Source of the DNA: Euprymna scolopes
Taxonomy: Eukaryota
Assembly (NCBI GenBank): GCA_053919585.1
Contig: CM132791.1
Reading direction: 5' to 3' (one strand)
DNA: 64,000 nucleotides
Part shown: one piece after another, positions 48,707 to 61,599 of the stretch
Position numbering within the stretch: the first letter of the stretch is position 1
Layout of the letters: each line of letters opens with the position of its first letter
Made by a program: the position numbers and the translations under genes
The notes under the pieces: model-generated
The model's database searches: none
Seen by the model: only the letters and a program-made list of their open reading frames with translations
Told to the model about the DNA's origin: nothing

Positions 48707-51299
48707 CTTTATAGCAATGTTCTCTTATATGTGATGTAAAATTGATTATCACTACTTTAGTTACAAATGTCATTAGTGATGCTTAGAACGAATCTCTCTA
48801 TTTGTATTGAAATGACATTTTAACGCTACAAATCAACACTGCATTAACGCTTTCATATGCACATAACAACACCAGATATTAATGTATGAAATGTATATCT
48901 CTGTTGAAAACATTATATTAACCTGATAATGCGTTCGGGATTGCTTCCTTATTTTACATTTACTGATGGTGTGTATGTATTGCTCCAGAGAAAGAATAAG
49001 TTCACATAATGCCAAGAAGTATCACTTCAAGGTAAACACAAAACATATTCGCATTATTTTTATTATTCCGATTTCTGTTCTAATCTTGATTGTCGTTTTC
49101 ACATTCCACCTACATCAGAAATAATATTTTTGTGAGCGACCGGAAATACAATTAGGAATGACTTAGAAACTCTACTCCGTCACATTTTACGCAACGAGAA
49201 TATGCTACTCCCATGAAGTAAATAAAAGATTCCGTTCGACACTCCATCCAGATTTCTGAGCTCGACAGAAATATTCCCGAGCTCGAAATAATACGCATAA
49301 ATTCGGAAGTTACATCAACTGAAACATTTGAAAATTACACTCAAGTTGTGAACAATAGCCTTAAGAATTTTAAAAATACGAATCAAAAATCCTCCTCACA
49401 ACAACTCAGAAACGCAATATCCATGGATATGCGGTATAGATATAGATAGTGACGTAGGTAATTGTTATTCTAAACCATTTGTAAGAAACATCATTCATGA
49501 AAAGTGGAAACTAAAGGAATAATTAAGGCATCCGCGAGTTACGAGGTGTAAATCCAAGTCCCATGTTTTACTCTCGAAGAAATTATGCAACGTAAACTTA
49601 AAAAAAATAAAGAACTACTATTGCTTTTTCATTGTCATAATTGTTATGTAATAGCTACAGATTCTTTCATCAACTTCTAATAAATCCAATCATAAAATTC
49701 AGTCAAATTGTATGCTTTGAAAAACACTATGGCCCGAACTCAGTAGCTAAAATAATTTAAGACGCAAGACTTAACAAAGTGCCCACTCGACCCAGAAGTG
49801 AGATTTTACGATTAACAGATTAGAAATTATCATCAAAATACTTTTTTTACATTCGACCTGTATCTTTAACTAAAATATGTTCGAACTAATGAACTTATGA
49901 GTTAAGGCATAATGTATATTTGGCCAAAGTTTGTGACTAAAAATCAAACAATCTGAATTTAGCCAAATGAACACACAAATTCAACTGCCAAGCATTTTCC
50001 CATCAAAATTGTCAACACACAATTTTCATGCTATAATGAAGTAAGATATCTATTAATTGTATTTTTATGAATGTCGATTCACAGAAATAATGGGGAATAA
50101 TGCACTTTTGGATTAATTAATAGAAAGAGTTTAGTAATATTGAGAAAGCTAGCAACGGCAAAAACATTCTACTAAATCAATGTATCTCTATTATAGAGTC
50201 GTTTTTGTTTTTCTCTTTTATGTTTTTTATGCCAATTCATACGTTTACTTCATCTCATGTTTTTTTTTACTTTTCTGCTAAAAATATGGTCTTTTAATCG
50301 CAGTATGTATTAACATATTCGCCAATCTAGATACTATTTTATATAAATATGTATATTAGAACGATCACTGTTCATGTATATATATATATATAGATATATA
50401 TATATATATATATATAATGAAAGGTATTTACTTTTTTAATGTCCGTTTATAAATGCCAATAATGAGAGTATAGTAAAGTTTCAAACGTAATTGGGCATGT
50501 TTAAGGCATGCGTCTTTACATTAAAAGTGACGTTATTCATTGAGCTTATGATCGACACTATTCATTGAGAATCGGATAAGTAGAAATCCATAAAAAATGT
50601 GGCACCTGTTTTTAAACTAAAGCATAAAATATACAAAATGACATGTTAAACACGAACTGACAGCTCAAAGCATATTCCATTTCGAATACAAAGTTGACTG
50701 ATCGAATGCTAAAAAACAACAAAAAATCGTGCGCTTTTGTTCAAGGTTGTTTCCTTCCTATGGAGATTTCTAAATTTCGATCAAATATTAAACATGCAAA
50801 ACTGTTCACACAACCCAAACACAATTAAAATGTAGATACGAATGCGATGCCACATTTTAAAACTTGTCACAATAGAGACCAATGTATACATTGTCGTAGA
50901 TACTAACTAGATTTTTCCCATATTATATAACAATAATGATGAATGTTTTATAATGTAACATATCTTTGTCTGCATATGTTGGCAAGATAGGGCTTTTCGT
51001 CGTAAGTCTGCGCTAAACTGCATATACTACAAAAATAATGAAGATGGCGAGGTAAACAAAATTATTTCGTAAATTACTACCGGAATAAGACGATGCGCAC
51101 TTCAAATTTCTCTTTCAAAAGAAAACGTAAACCAACACATACCGTTTTACAATATTATATATAATTGGATGTATATAATACTGTTTATATAATGTGTTTA
51201 ATACTATTTTATATATCGAGTACATAACGCGTGAATACGTTACGTGTTTATTATCCTCTAGTGTTCAACTATGGTTGTATCACAGTCCTATCGTTTTAG

Positions 51300-51600
51300 G
51301 TGTTCAGTGTTGACTTGTCGATAGGTTTGATAATGTATAGCACTTTTGCACATATGTTCATAAGTATATATTGTTCAACAAAGAGTTCCACAAAGCCATA
51401 TACCAATTCATAAAACAGTTCCGTACGGGACAAATAAACATCTTTCGGGGAAATATTCCTGGCCACACAGAGGGAAACATCCCATCTGCCATCGATTATT
51501 ATTGACTGACGGTCAATAAGCAGCAAGAAGGTTTTCTTAGGAATGGTAATCGACAGTTTATTTTTTGCAAGTTTATTTTCTAACATTTTCTCGTCTTTGA
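51300..51600 (-). mobile_element. Possible MULE transposase remnant
   Basis: Across frames KTFLLLID...ADGMFPSVWPGIF...SLLNN..TYE loosely follows the MULE pattern FLL.D...DGTF..VP..F...LL..K...Y; weak. Confidence 0.3.
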
Positions 51601-51789
51601 AGGTGCACGTTTATTTTGTTATTATTTTTTAATAACCGACTATTTAGACGAGCGTAAATACTGCTGATGCTGTGATGAAGGACAGATTAAAGACACTTAT
51701 TTTATTACTGAATGATTTTCAACTGTACTATGTAATGTGAGTATTGTTTTGCTTGTTCGGACGATTATTTTCATCTTGAGTGTTATTGG

Positions 51790-51831
51790 CACAGAGTTTT
51801 GGTCGTTGAACCCTACGACCTTCGTCAGGTG
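51790..51831 (-). ncRNA. Degenerate minimal hammerhead motif (family copy 2)
   Basis: Minus strand CAC-CTGACGA-A-GGTCG-tagggttcaa-CGACC-AAAAC-TCT-GTG with GAAA mutated to AAAA. Tail AATAACACTCAAGATGAA..GTCCGAA. Confidence 0.6.
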
Positions 51832-52704
51832 TACACTCTATGTTTTTCTTCAAGTAAGGAAAAGCGGTGAACTCTGTGTTGTAAGAAATCAGACCGCGGG
51901 TTGAAGTTGTGTCAGTAAATCATAAATAAACATCAATTTTAAGGGGCCACTAAGTTACTTTTTAACACTTTCTATGGTTCAATTTTTCGCCGAATTCTCA
52001 TGGTAATTGTGAATATTAGTAAAAAAAAACTGTTTCACGAAACCGTGGCCATTGTATTCATTTTTTCTAGGTAACCGAGTGTAATTAAAGCGACTTTAAA
52101 GAAAAGTATTTTGGATGGTTTATCTCCTTGAGTTGGGCGCATTTTGTTTTTATTTTGTTTTTATTTCCCCAATATAAATTTGTAATCAATGAATTCGAAA
52201 TGCTGTTAAATTCTTAGAACATGATCGGCTTACCCAGGTAATCACGGTACAAATATAAATATAATGTCTATATGAAATGTATGAATATGTACACATGTAT
52301 TTGTAATTTGCATTTATAATCTTTTTCACCTGCTTCAGTTTGTGTCTCTCCGTTAACTCTGCATTGTACTGTCTTCTACATATTGTAGTTAACTATATTG
52401 TGATAACGTTTAAACAATCGTTTTTGCAGTAACATAAACCTCAATCTCTAGACATTAAATACATTTATTCTTAGGTGTGTCATTTTCAAATGCCATTAAT
52501 TGAATCGTTGATAAACTTAGCAATCTCCTATACAATACAACTATATACACTACCAAATCCTCAATCTATGACTGCACTGTCTACCAAATATGACTCAAAA
52601 AATTAAACAGTATTTTATAGAGGATAACGTAATATGCTACGTATAGAACAGTTTAATCCAAATAAGATACACACACACAAAAACACCACACATATATATA
52701 TATA

Positions 52705-53038
52705 TTATTAAATCACACAAATTGATATATGAAAGTATAAATTTATGCGTAAACCTTAAGTATTTACTTCAACAGTGCCAATATGTAAGTAGAGCTAGGT
52801 AGTAAGCTGTAAAATATATATGGTAATTAAGCGACGGGATTCTGCCCTGAACATGCCCGCTGATAAGGAAAGGTGCGATAGAAACTAGAAAAATTACTGG
52901 CAAACTAAAAACTCAATAAAATGTTCGAATATAAAAACGCGATACTACTACAACTCCTCGCAGTAGCCTGATGAATCCTAGCGTGGATGAAACGCGGAAT
53001 ATTCTCTGTAGCTAAATTGCCATATATATTTCATAACT
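52705..53038 (+). mobile_element. Probable solo PLE terminal repeat or retrozyme-like insert between TA tracts
   Basis: About 330 bp bounded by (TA)n, containing TATAAAAA (52930) and a complete hammerhead. Boundaries are inferred. Confidence 0.5.
52960..53020 (+). ncRNA. Type I hammerhead ribozyme with intact core
   Basis: Stem I TAGC(52964-67)/GCTA(53011-14), extended by GCAG/TTGC; CTGATGA 52968-74; stem II ATCC/GGAT with loop TAGCGT; GAAA 52989-92; stem III quasi-palindrome ACGCGGAATATTCTCTGT; cleavage triplet GTA, with the cut predicted after 53010. Confidence 0.85.
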
Positions 53039-53040
53039 TA

Positions 53041-53072
<32 letters not shown>

Positions 53073-53424
53073 AGTTTATCTAATTAGAAACAAGAGTTTA
53101 TGTAGAATTATAATAACGTACACTAAGATAAGAACGCATAATGTAATCATAATTTTAAATTCTGGTTTTGTCTGTATATGGTAAAAGAAAAAAACAAAAA
53201 AATGAAGCACAAAGAAAGGAAAATATGCCAACACAGTTGTAGTACGAATAAAAGCAGAAATGTGTTTTTGAATTAGACACCCACATACAAACACACACGC
53301 ATATACATTTATGAAGTAAATTCTGATATTCAGATCAAATATATATTACAATAATGTAATAGGAAAATTGCAATTTACATTAAACATGTTCTGAATATAT
53401 CGAATATATATTTATCTCTATTCA

Positions 53425-53648
53425 TCTACTATTATATAAAAGAAACTTTTGTTTGTCCGTGTCTGTGTCTGTTCGTTTATTGTCTTTCAAAAACGGCTCG
53501 GCTGATTTCATAAAATTTTACAGGAAGATAATTATATGCGTGGCAGTCTCCTAAGATAGGTTTTGTATCAGAAATAACAAAAATATGAGATTGTAAAATA
53601 TTTGATGATTATCCTCTAATGGCGAGCAATATCGGATCCCCCCGCTAG
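53425..53648 (+). mobile_element. 224-bp non-autonomous Helitron
   Basis: A|TCTACTATTATATAAAAG...GTCCGTGTCTGTGTCTG...AAACGGCT...GATTT...CCCCCCGCTAG|T: canonical TC/CTAG termini in an AT target with no TSD. Confidence 0.8.
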
Positions 53649-53669
53649 TAATTAAAATAAATAAATTAT

Positions 53670-53965
53670 TGGGTCCATGTTAAGTATATTACTACAGCTA
53701 CCCAAAGGTGCTGAGTTCAATCCTGAGCGAAGGCAGTGAAAAGTAACATCCAAAACAGAGAATCAGCAACTATGTCCCATACCCTAGCTGGAGTCCGAAC
53801 ACGGTACCCCCGTAATAATAATAAAGGGTTGGGTTCGAGACTCCTAACAAACGGTTCCCCAGTTCGATACAAAACACCTGATGAAGGCCGGTGGGCAAAA
53901 CGGCCAAAATGGTGTGACTATAACAACCAAGACGAGGATGTCAGTCCGACAATCTCAATAAGTAG

Positions 53966-53970
<5 letters not shown>
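53670..53970 (+). mobile_element. SINE-like or non-autonomous PLE element: B-box-like head plus hammerhead-bearing tail
   Basis: GAGTTCAATCC (53713-23) and GGTTCGAGAC (~53832), then a hammerhead at 53875-53916 and a tail shared with the 45.3 and 51.8 kb copies. Abuts (TA)n. Confidence 0.55.
53875..53916 (+). ncRNA. Degenerate minimal hammerhead motif (family copy 3)
   Basis: CAC-CTGATGA-A-GGCCG-gtgggcaaaa-CGGCC-AAAAT-GGT-GTG; the expected CGAAACG reads CAAAATG. Confidence 0.6.

Positions 53971-54034
<64 letters not shown>
53970..54034. repeat. (TA)n microsatellite
   Basis: Direct run. Confidence 0.97.
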
Positions 54035-54039
<5 letters not shown>

Positions 54040-54789
54040 GCGGATGTGGGATTCCCTACTCATAAACATTGTAGAATTAGAATCTAAACAATGTTCTTTA
54101 TATACCAATGTCGCCCCCCATATACTCTTCATTCCTATATATAAGTTTATCCTGCCTCTCTCTCCTCCTTTCTCACACGCCCTCTCTCTCTCTCTCTGGT
54201 TTGCGCACCTACTTTTAATAGTGTGTAAAGATGTCTGTTTACTTTCGAAAATGTTGTTTTTTGTCAAAAGATTATGTTTCGAAAATAATCAAGTGAAAAT
54301 GTACGTGTTATTATTTATCAATGCTGTTTTTTTTTAATTGAATGTTTTTTGGAGATTCTTGTATGAAACTTGTTTCTTAATTTCACGGACATTTTCACTG
54401 TTTCGTTTGTTTTTTCCTTTCTTACTTTTGCCCTTTTACCTTACAAGAAAACCCGAAGAGAAGTCATTGTTATTTCTTTCCTAAAATGCAAAAAAGGCTT
54501 GTTTTGAACTTATATTAAGTACATCACTTTTTTTTGTATTATTTATGGAGAGTATGTGGGTGCGTTTTCGTCAGCTGTACCTCTCACTTCTATTTTGTGG
54601 CTCAGTCCTCAGTTACAATTAATAATGTTTCTGAAAAAGAGACGAGAAAATACATGCACTCCGGGCCGGGAGTTTTTTTTTTTTTTCTGAGCACTCGTTT
54701 GAGATGCCATCATTTTCTCTCTCTACATCCATCTTTGTAGCTATGTGAATAATAATGGTGATGAAGGTAAACATTTTAACTAGACAGGA

Positions 54790-56220
54790 GTTATCTACCC
54801 TAACATTGGATTAACACCCAATGTCGCTGTCCTATCAGCAGATGCAAATTACTTAGGATGCTGTATTTCCATTTGGTGAATGGATTCTGGGCAATGCACT
54901 AGCGTCTAGTGGCGCCTCTCGACCTTACATTAAGGAGTAATTGTTACGGCTTTAATTTATGATTGCAAAACTCATTCTTTCTTCTATATTTTCTCTCTGA
55001 TCTATTAAGACAAATGCCGACCGTCTCCAAATCTCTCAACCCTTAAATAAAATATGAAAAGAAACAAAAACAAGATAAAACCCCGAACTCCAACCCCCCA
55101 GCTATACCCTTACTGCCAGGTCTCCTTCTCTAACATCATGGGAATACGTTTCAACTTTCCAAATGGTGGAATCCAATTATAGGAAACTTAACCAGACTTA
55201 TTGTATATGTGCAACACAAGCATTGGACCGACCATTACCTTAGATGAGTTCGCGATTACTGTATATTCCAATTTGACATTAAAATCTGACCCTCTCCCCC
55301 CAAATCGCCACGAACATGAAACATGTGGCTCCATTAAAGATGGCTTTCTATTTGGAAAGAACATATCTATGAGAAAATACTCCATGTGTTTTAGATAAGC
55401 ACTTGCTCAGAGCACAGCATTGATATTTGCTGTTGATCTACCCGATAGCATCGGAGTTAGTGTCATTGAAAGTGTCTCTGTAAAAATTGAGCGTTCTGTC
55501 TACCCATCCTTCGGTTAACATTCACGTCTGCAAGACTTCAATGCCCAAAACGTGTAATGGCTAGTCTACTACAACAAAATGGATAACGAAGAGAGTTACT
55601 GTCAGGATTATTCGGTTATTTATGACGCAACGATAATTGATCACCAAACAACCCCTAGGCCCAATTCTGACAGACATTATGCAAGTATCGTAGACCTGTT
55701 TCTTACAACTTGCCCTTATATGTGCTCATTCCTCCTTCTAATAACCCAGGTGTCTCATGGAATGAGCCTCTGACCTTCCTCTCCATCGTAATGCGTATAG
55801 ATACCATATTGTTGATTGAGAGGACTTCCGAACTATCTTATCAGATATACCTAAACACTCCATGGTCCAAAATAATATGGCCCTATAGTATCAGACCTGG
55901 GTGAATAGATAACTGTTGTTATATACAGCATATTACCTTCCAAAAATATTCCAGTTTAGGCCAGACAACAAGCTATCGTAATCTTCTAAATGAGCCGGCG
56001 CAAATTCACACTGAAATCATCATCATAAGAGATGTTGTTAAAATAAAGCCAGCTTTAGGACTGCCCGCACCCATCGTAAAAGAGTAATGAAAATTGTAAG
56101 GGATTCGTATGCTATGTACATAAAATTTAAGTGGCCGAGCAACGACTTGGCTGCCACCAGTTTTGTGTACTGAACAGAAGCGTTCTTGTTATCCCTACCC
56201 TCATCAATAGACCTGACACG
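54790..56220 (+). mobile_element. CR1-like LINE 5' portion (partial UTR, endonuclease and linker)
   Basis: UTR block GGATTAAC...GCTGTATTTCCATTTGGTGAATGGATTCTGG...GTAATTGTTACGG; ATG at ~55054; VSFSNIMGIRFNFP, PDLLYMCNT, NIHVCKDFNAQN and HYASIVDLFLTT. Confidence 0.88.
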
Positions 56221-56390
56221 ACTAGGAAGCAGCCAGGGTCAGTTGCGTTACAAGAGTAAAGGTTTTTGATAAGCTTGGCTGCATCATATACAGAAATTAA
56301 TATGTCGCTTAGTGTGGTTTCAGTCACAGAAGGGAATACGGGGGGGGTAGAAGTCCCTGGTGGAATATGTGGCAAACAAACTGTCATTGT
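56220..56390 (-). mobile_element. Inverted CR1-like fragment (linker to RT start)
   Basis: PPVFPSVTETTLSDILISVYDAAKLIKNLYSCNATDP is homologous to LDDLRITLSQEHVIIKNLDTSKACGP at ~4050-4110. Confidence 0.7.
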
Positions 56391-56555
56391 TAGATTCGTA
56401 TGAGACCCATTGAAGATGGTAACGACTTATTTTAAAAATTTAATTCGAACTATATGTATGAGTCATTAAATCAGTGTTGTTAAACTTAGTTTACGTGGAT
56501 GATATTATAGGCGGAACAGGAGAAGAGTACATAGTAAAAACAAAAAAATATATAC

Positions 56556-56556
<1 letters not shown>

Positions 56557-56610
<54 letters not shown>

Positions 56611-56617
56611 TATATAT
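56557..56617. repeat. (TA)n microsatellite
   Basis: Direct run. Confidence 0.97.
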
Positions 56618-57463
56618 GCATATACGTTATATAAAGTTAAATATGATTTCAGGACGCATGGGCCACTTAAATGTATCGGCACGTATCTATTATAGATTTA
56701 TACATACTTTTATTCTTTTCCATGGATTATTGTACAAATATAATTTAAATTTCTTAAAAATAGGATATATTTACGTGACCTGTACCCAAATAGTACGTAT
56801 AGATACTGTGGAGGGTTTAACATGCTTTCCCCGATGGATTCTATATAAGGACGCATTTATACATCTATTTAATATTACAACATTTTGAAACCATACACAC
56901 ACAATCATGGATTTTTTTTTGAAATTTCACACACATGGAATGTATGAGTCGTGAAGCTTTCTTAGCAAAATTCAATATCGAAACACCCCGGATAAGTATA
57001 AAAATGATAAACGGAAACATCTCGATTATAAAGGAACATTCGGATTCGACAATCTGACACATCCTAACATCACATTTCCATTTTGAAGTTTTATTACCGC
57101 ACAAGAAAAGAAATAAACATATAACTATTTTATTTCAAAATGAATATTCCTCTTTAGTAAACGACTGAATAATAAAAAGGGTATGTTTTCTTTTGCATAT
57201 TAATTCAAGCCATTATATAAAAATAATTTTAGAAAATCAACAGGACGTAATCCAGTACGGTGCAGACTACAATGTATTGTGTACTAAATCAAGCCGAGGG
57301 AATCTGAAAGTTCCTTCCTGTCTATCGTTGTGGGTACCTTACTGGAGCAAGTAATCGGTAGATTTGATTGAGAAGAATAGCCATTTCGCCGATTTCGATG
57401 ACAAGAGATGTGTTGAAAGTATTGAACATTTGTACATCCTTATAAAATCCAGGAAAAAGCTAT

Positions 57464-57535
57464 TACACACACACACACACACACATACACATATATATAT
57501 ATGTGTGTGTGTGTGTGTGTATAGATAGATACATA
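57464..57535. repeat. Compound (CA)n(TA)n(TG)n microsatellite
   Basis: Direct run; the arrangement is self-complementary. Confidence 0.95.
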
Positions 57536-60500
57536 CATTCATACGTAGATATACATATTTTTCTATCTTACAAGGTGTAAAATTAATCGATTTTCAAGTC
57601 GATATTCTTACTCCTTTCCTTCCTATTTGATTTACCCTAAAACGTTAACATTTTTTCTATTAATTCTCTATTGTCTTCCTACATCAAGGCAACTTTTAAA
57701 AGAAACAAAGATCCAAAAATCTTAATTTTGAAAGAGATTTGTTTGGTGAAAATATTTTTCTCTCTTGGAAAATTTTTTCTTCGTTTTTCTTTTTTCTCTA
57801 TAATAAACAAACAATTATATTTAAAAAGAAAACCTCTATACGTGAAATAAAACATGTTTTTTTCATGGCTTAGTGCCTTGGAGATGTGTATTGTAGAAAC
57901 AAAAGATAATTCAAATCATATCATATTTTATTGTTCCAAGCAATATTCCATCTTTTATTTCAACTAGTATCGAAATATCTTCTTTAAAGTTTCTGACATT
58001 TGCAACTGAATGAAAACGAAATTTAATACCTTAATCGTTTAACCATTGTATTTACAACGTGTTAGGAATTTATGTCAACTATGTTTCACATAATCAACTA
58101 CACTTGATGAATATTAGACAACTCGGTTTGCTTATCTATGTTTATATATGATAGAATTGACACTGCAGTATAGTTTCTTCACTGAGCAAATTCTTGTGAT
58201 ATGTTTTTACATTACATTCACTTACAAATTCCAGGTCAATTATGTACACGATTTTTACAACGCTTTTGGAAAACTTATTTTCACCAGAAATTTAAAATTG
58301 TATAGTAACCGCTATTAATATTTATTCCTATTTCTCACACCATAGCTCTCCAATAAATTATATTTTAAACATTCTATAAGAGTATTTTTCCAAATTAATT
58401 ATTTCCTAACATAACCCGTTTATGAAAGTTATTTTTAAAATGTCCTCTACAATCTTCAAACCGAGTGATAACTATAATCTTACAGTAAGTACCACTCTAA
58501 TTAACTTAGCTTTCATGGCAACGTAATGTCGTAACTTTCCTAACACGCTAGATTAGTACGTTATATTTATATACGAAACTACTGCACCACGTTTAGTTAT
58601 GAAATATGTGTTTTATGTATTATTCGGATCACTCTAATTATTATTTCCACCTTTTGTGCTATTCTTACACCTGCAATTTTTGACTGACTTCGAGTGTATC
58701 TACTCGAACTGGGGGATTTTTTTTTTCTGGCGAACTCCACGATCTGTACTGAATATTAAACAGAAGCCTTTATTTGATCAACGGTTTCTCATGCTCTTGT
58801 TCATGAGCCATGGTTACGAAGAAAGCTGTGAGTTTATGCTATTGTATTCCCGGTATAACGAGCACTGAGGATTGCACGTCATATAAAACTAAATTCCTTA
58901 TTACTTTATCTCTTAATCCATGACTATTGGAGTACTTGTGGAACCATCCAAATAATCCAAATTACACTCCTTATTTTTAAACCCGGATACTTAATTGTTT
59001 TTTTTTTCATTTTCTTTATTTATTTTTGAAATGTTTTCTGTGTTCTTTTGAAGAGGGACATTTAACAGAGGATATTACTCTACCAACGTAACACAATCGA
59101 ATTTCTCGATGTATTATATTTTTGAAGGCATAGGGACTAGCGAACACCATACAACGAGGCAATTTTTCAAAAACTAATTAACCGAAACGAAATAGCTTCT
59201 ATCTAGACATTTCAAATGCACAAACTGGGTTACTGCGTGGATGTTTTAAAAAAATAGTTATCATAAATGATTATATACTCAGCATTTATCCTTAACATAG
59301 TAATTAAATATTAAGTTTCAGTAACTTATTATAATGTTATACTCTCGTCCGTGTTTCGATTCTGCGCTCATGCTTTGCCCTGTTTCTGCAAGAATAAAAA
59401 GTAATTAGTTAATTATGAAACCATTTTATTCTTGTAAAATTGATTAATAATTTATTTATTTCATTTAGATGACGGTTGTTTCTTTTATATCGAAATGCTG
59501 ATTATTTACTTGAGCACTCGTGAAAAGGATTATACGAGATTTAAAAGCGAGCAGGTAAGAGAATTACCATTTTCAGTGCGTATCTTACTTATATTTAAGC
59601 TATTTCAGTCCATCTTAAATCACATCCCATCGATAGCACTAACTCATTATCTCATTTCACCACAAGTACGGCTTATTCATTAGCAGTTAAAAAAGTGATC
59701 ATGCAGTTTTCTTCAGAGTACATTTTGTTCACTAGATTTCGCTGATATGGTTTAAACTCATATTTGTTCTTGTTACATATGCAATTAGTAATTTATAACC
59801 TGGGAAGAAAATATACCGATTGCTACTATGTCCTTTTTACGAAATACATATCAGGGCGTGACATATTTTATAGTTACTTTGCAGGACCTGTGTTCCGGCG
59901 TTTCTTATGGGCAAAGAAAAAGTAATCTCCAATAGTATATCTCTTCACAATATTTAAGAATTAGTATTTTTAAATAAACCTTTATTTTCTCGTGTAAAAA
60001 AGCCATAAATATCGACTTTTGTATTTTTGTCGCGTAAGTTCAGATTATCGTGCCTGCAATTTTGTTCAGTTTGTTAATGTGCGGCATAGTCAACAATGAA
60101 AAAATTGTCAAAAAAAAAGAAGATTTTTCACAAGGCGTTTCTAAGGAAAACTGTGTTGAAATTGTAATAGACGTTCCTTTTGGTTTAACAAAAAAAAACC
60201 TTAGCGTGCCAATGTTTTCTAATGAAAACTTAGCAAACGATCTGTGTTTGTTGTCCACAATTTTTAGTATATGAGATGACGCAGGATTAGTAGATAAAAA
60301 AGAACATCTCTTTAACAATACTTTCTAATAAAAAGACGAACATTATTCTATGAAATTCTTTCGTAAATGTAAAAGTAAATTGCGTTAAAATTGATAATAC
60401 AACTTTTAATTTTACACTGAACAATTTTTATTCAGCGTTTTCCGAATGTTTCTTAGATCCTGTCGGAAACATTTCATATTGTATTATTAAAAAGACAGTC

Positions 60501-60632
60501 CAATTTGTTTTAAATTGGTCTTGATAAGCCATTATTGTAATTAATTGTTTTATTTGTAAAAATAACATTTAAATCGCTGTTGGGAATGGGGTATATCTTT
60601 AGTATGTATATTGTGCACGCACACAAACACAC

Positions 60633-60799
60633 NNNNNNNNNNNNNNNNNNNNNNNNNNNNNNNNNNNNNNNNNNNNNNNNNNNNNNNNNNNNNNNNNNNN
60701 NNNNNNNNNNNNNNNNNNNNNNNNNNNNNNNNNNNNNNNNNNNNNNNNNNNNNNNNNNNNNNNNNNNNNNNNNNNNNNNNNNNNNNNNNNNNNNNNNNN
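60633..60799. other. Assembly gap
   Basis: Run of N within a CA repeat. Confidence 1.
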
Positions 60800-60825
60800 A
60801 CACACATTGATATACACATATGCAA

Positions 60826-60867
<42 letters not shown>

Positions 60868-61113
60868 GATTCACACTATACTTTGTAAGTTTGATTTCGG
60901 AGAATCATATAATTACTTACTGCATTACTCTAGTTTCACAACTTATCTAAATGTTGTCTTATTTTTATTTGGTTTTACTTCAGAGGCGACTCAATACAAA
61001 GTTCACAAAAAAATACAGCAAATTTCACGAAAAAAATGAGTGTGATCATAAAACGAAAAAATCATAGGGAATCAGGCAAACATCTGACAATACCTTGAGA
61101 AGTTCTCACGCTG

Positions 61114-61114
<1 letters not shown>

Positions 61115-61179
<65 letters not shown>

Positions 61180-61270
61180 GCTAGTGTTCGTGTGTATGTG
61201 TGCGTGTTGGTACCTGTGTGTACCTGTGTGTATACCTGTGTGTTTGTATCTCCTTATTTGTGCTGTGTGT
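61115..61270. repeat. (TA)n followed by GTGTGTACCT-type simple repeats
   Basis: Direct runs. Confidence 0.9.
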
Positions 61271-61599
61271 ACATGGTTAGGGGGATCAGTGTGTGTAAGG
61301 ATAAAGAGAGGGGAAGGTGTAGACATAGTCTTTGACTAATTGGTATATGTTCATACATACAAATAGAAAGTAATATGGATAAATAATAAATATATAAATA
61401 AATAATACTAAAATTGTCTCTTTCGTATCTGTTCCACTCTTTCTTTGAATGATTCTGCTATGACGATTAAAACAGCAAAATATTCGCCCGTGTCAGGCCG
61501 ATCTTTATGTACAGTCATCCTTGATATATTTAGATTAGATTAAGCTTCGTGTTATATTAATCATGTGACATAGGCATAATTTGTAGATGTGAGTGAATG

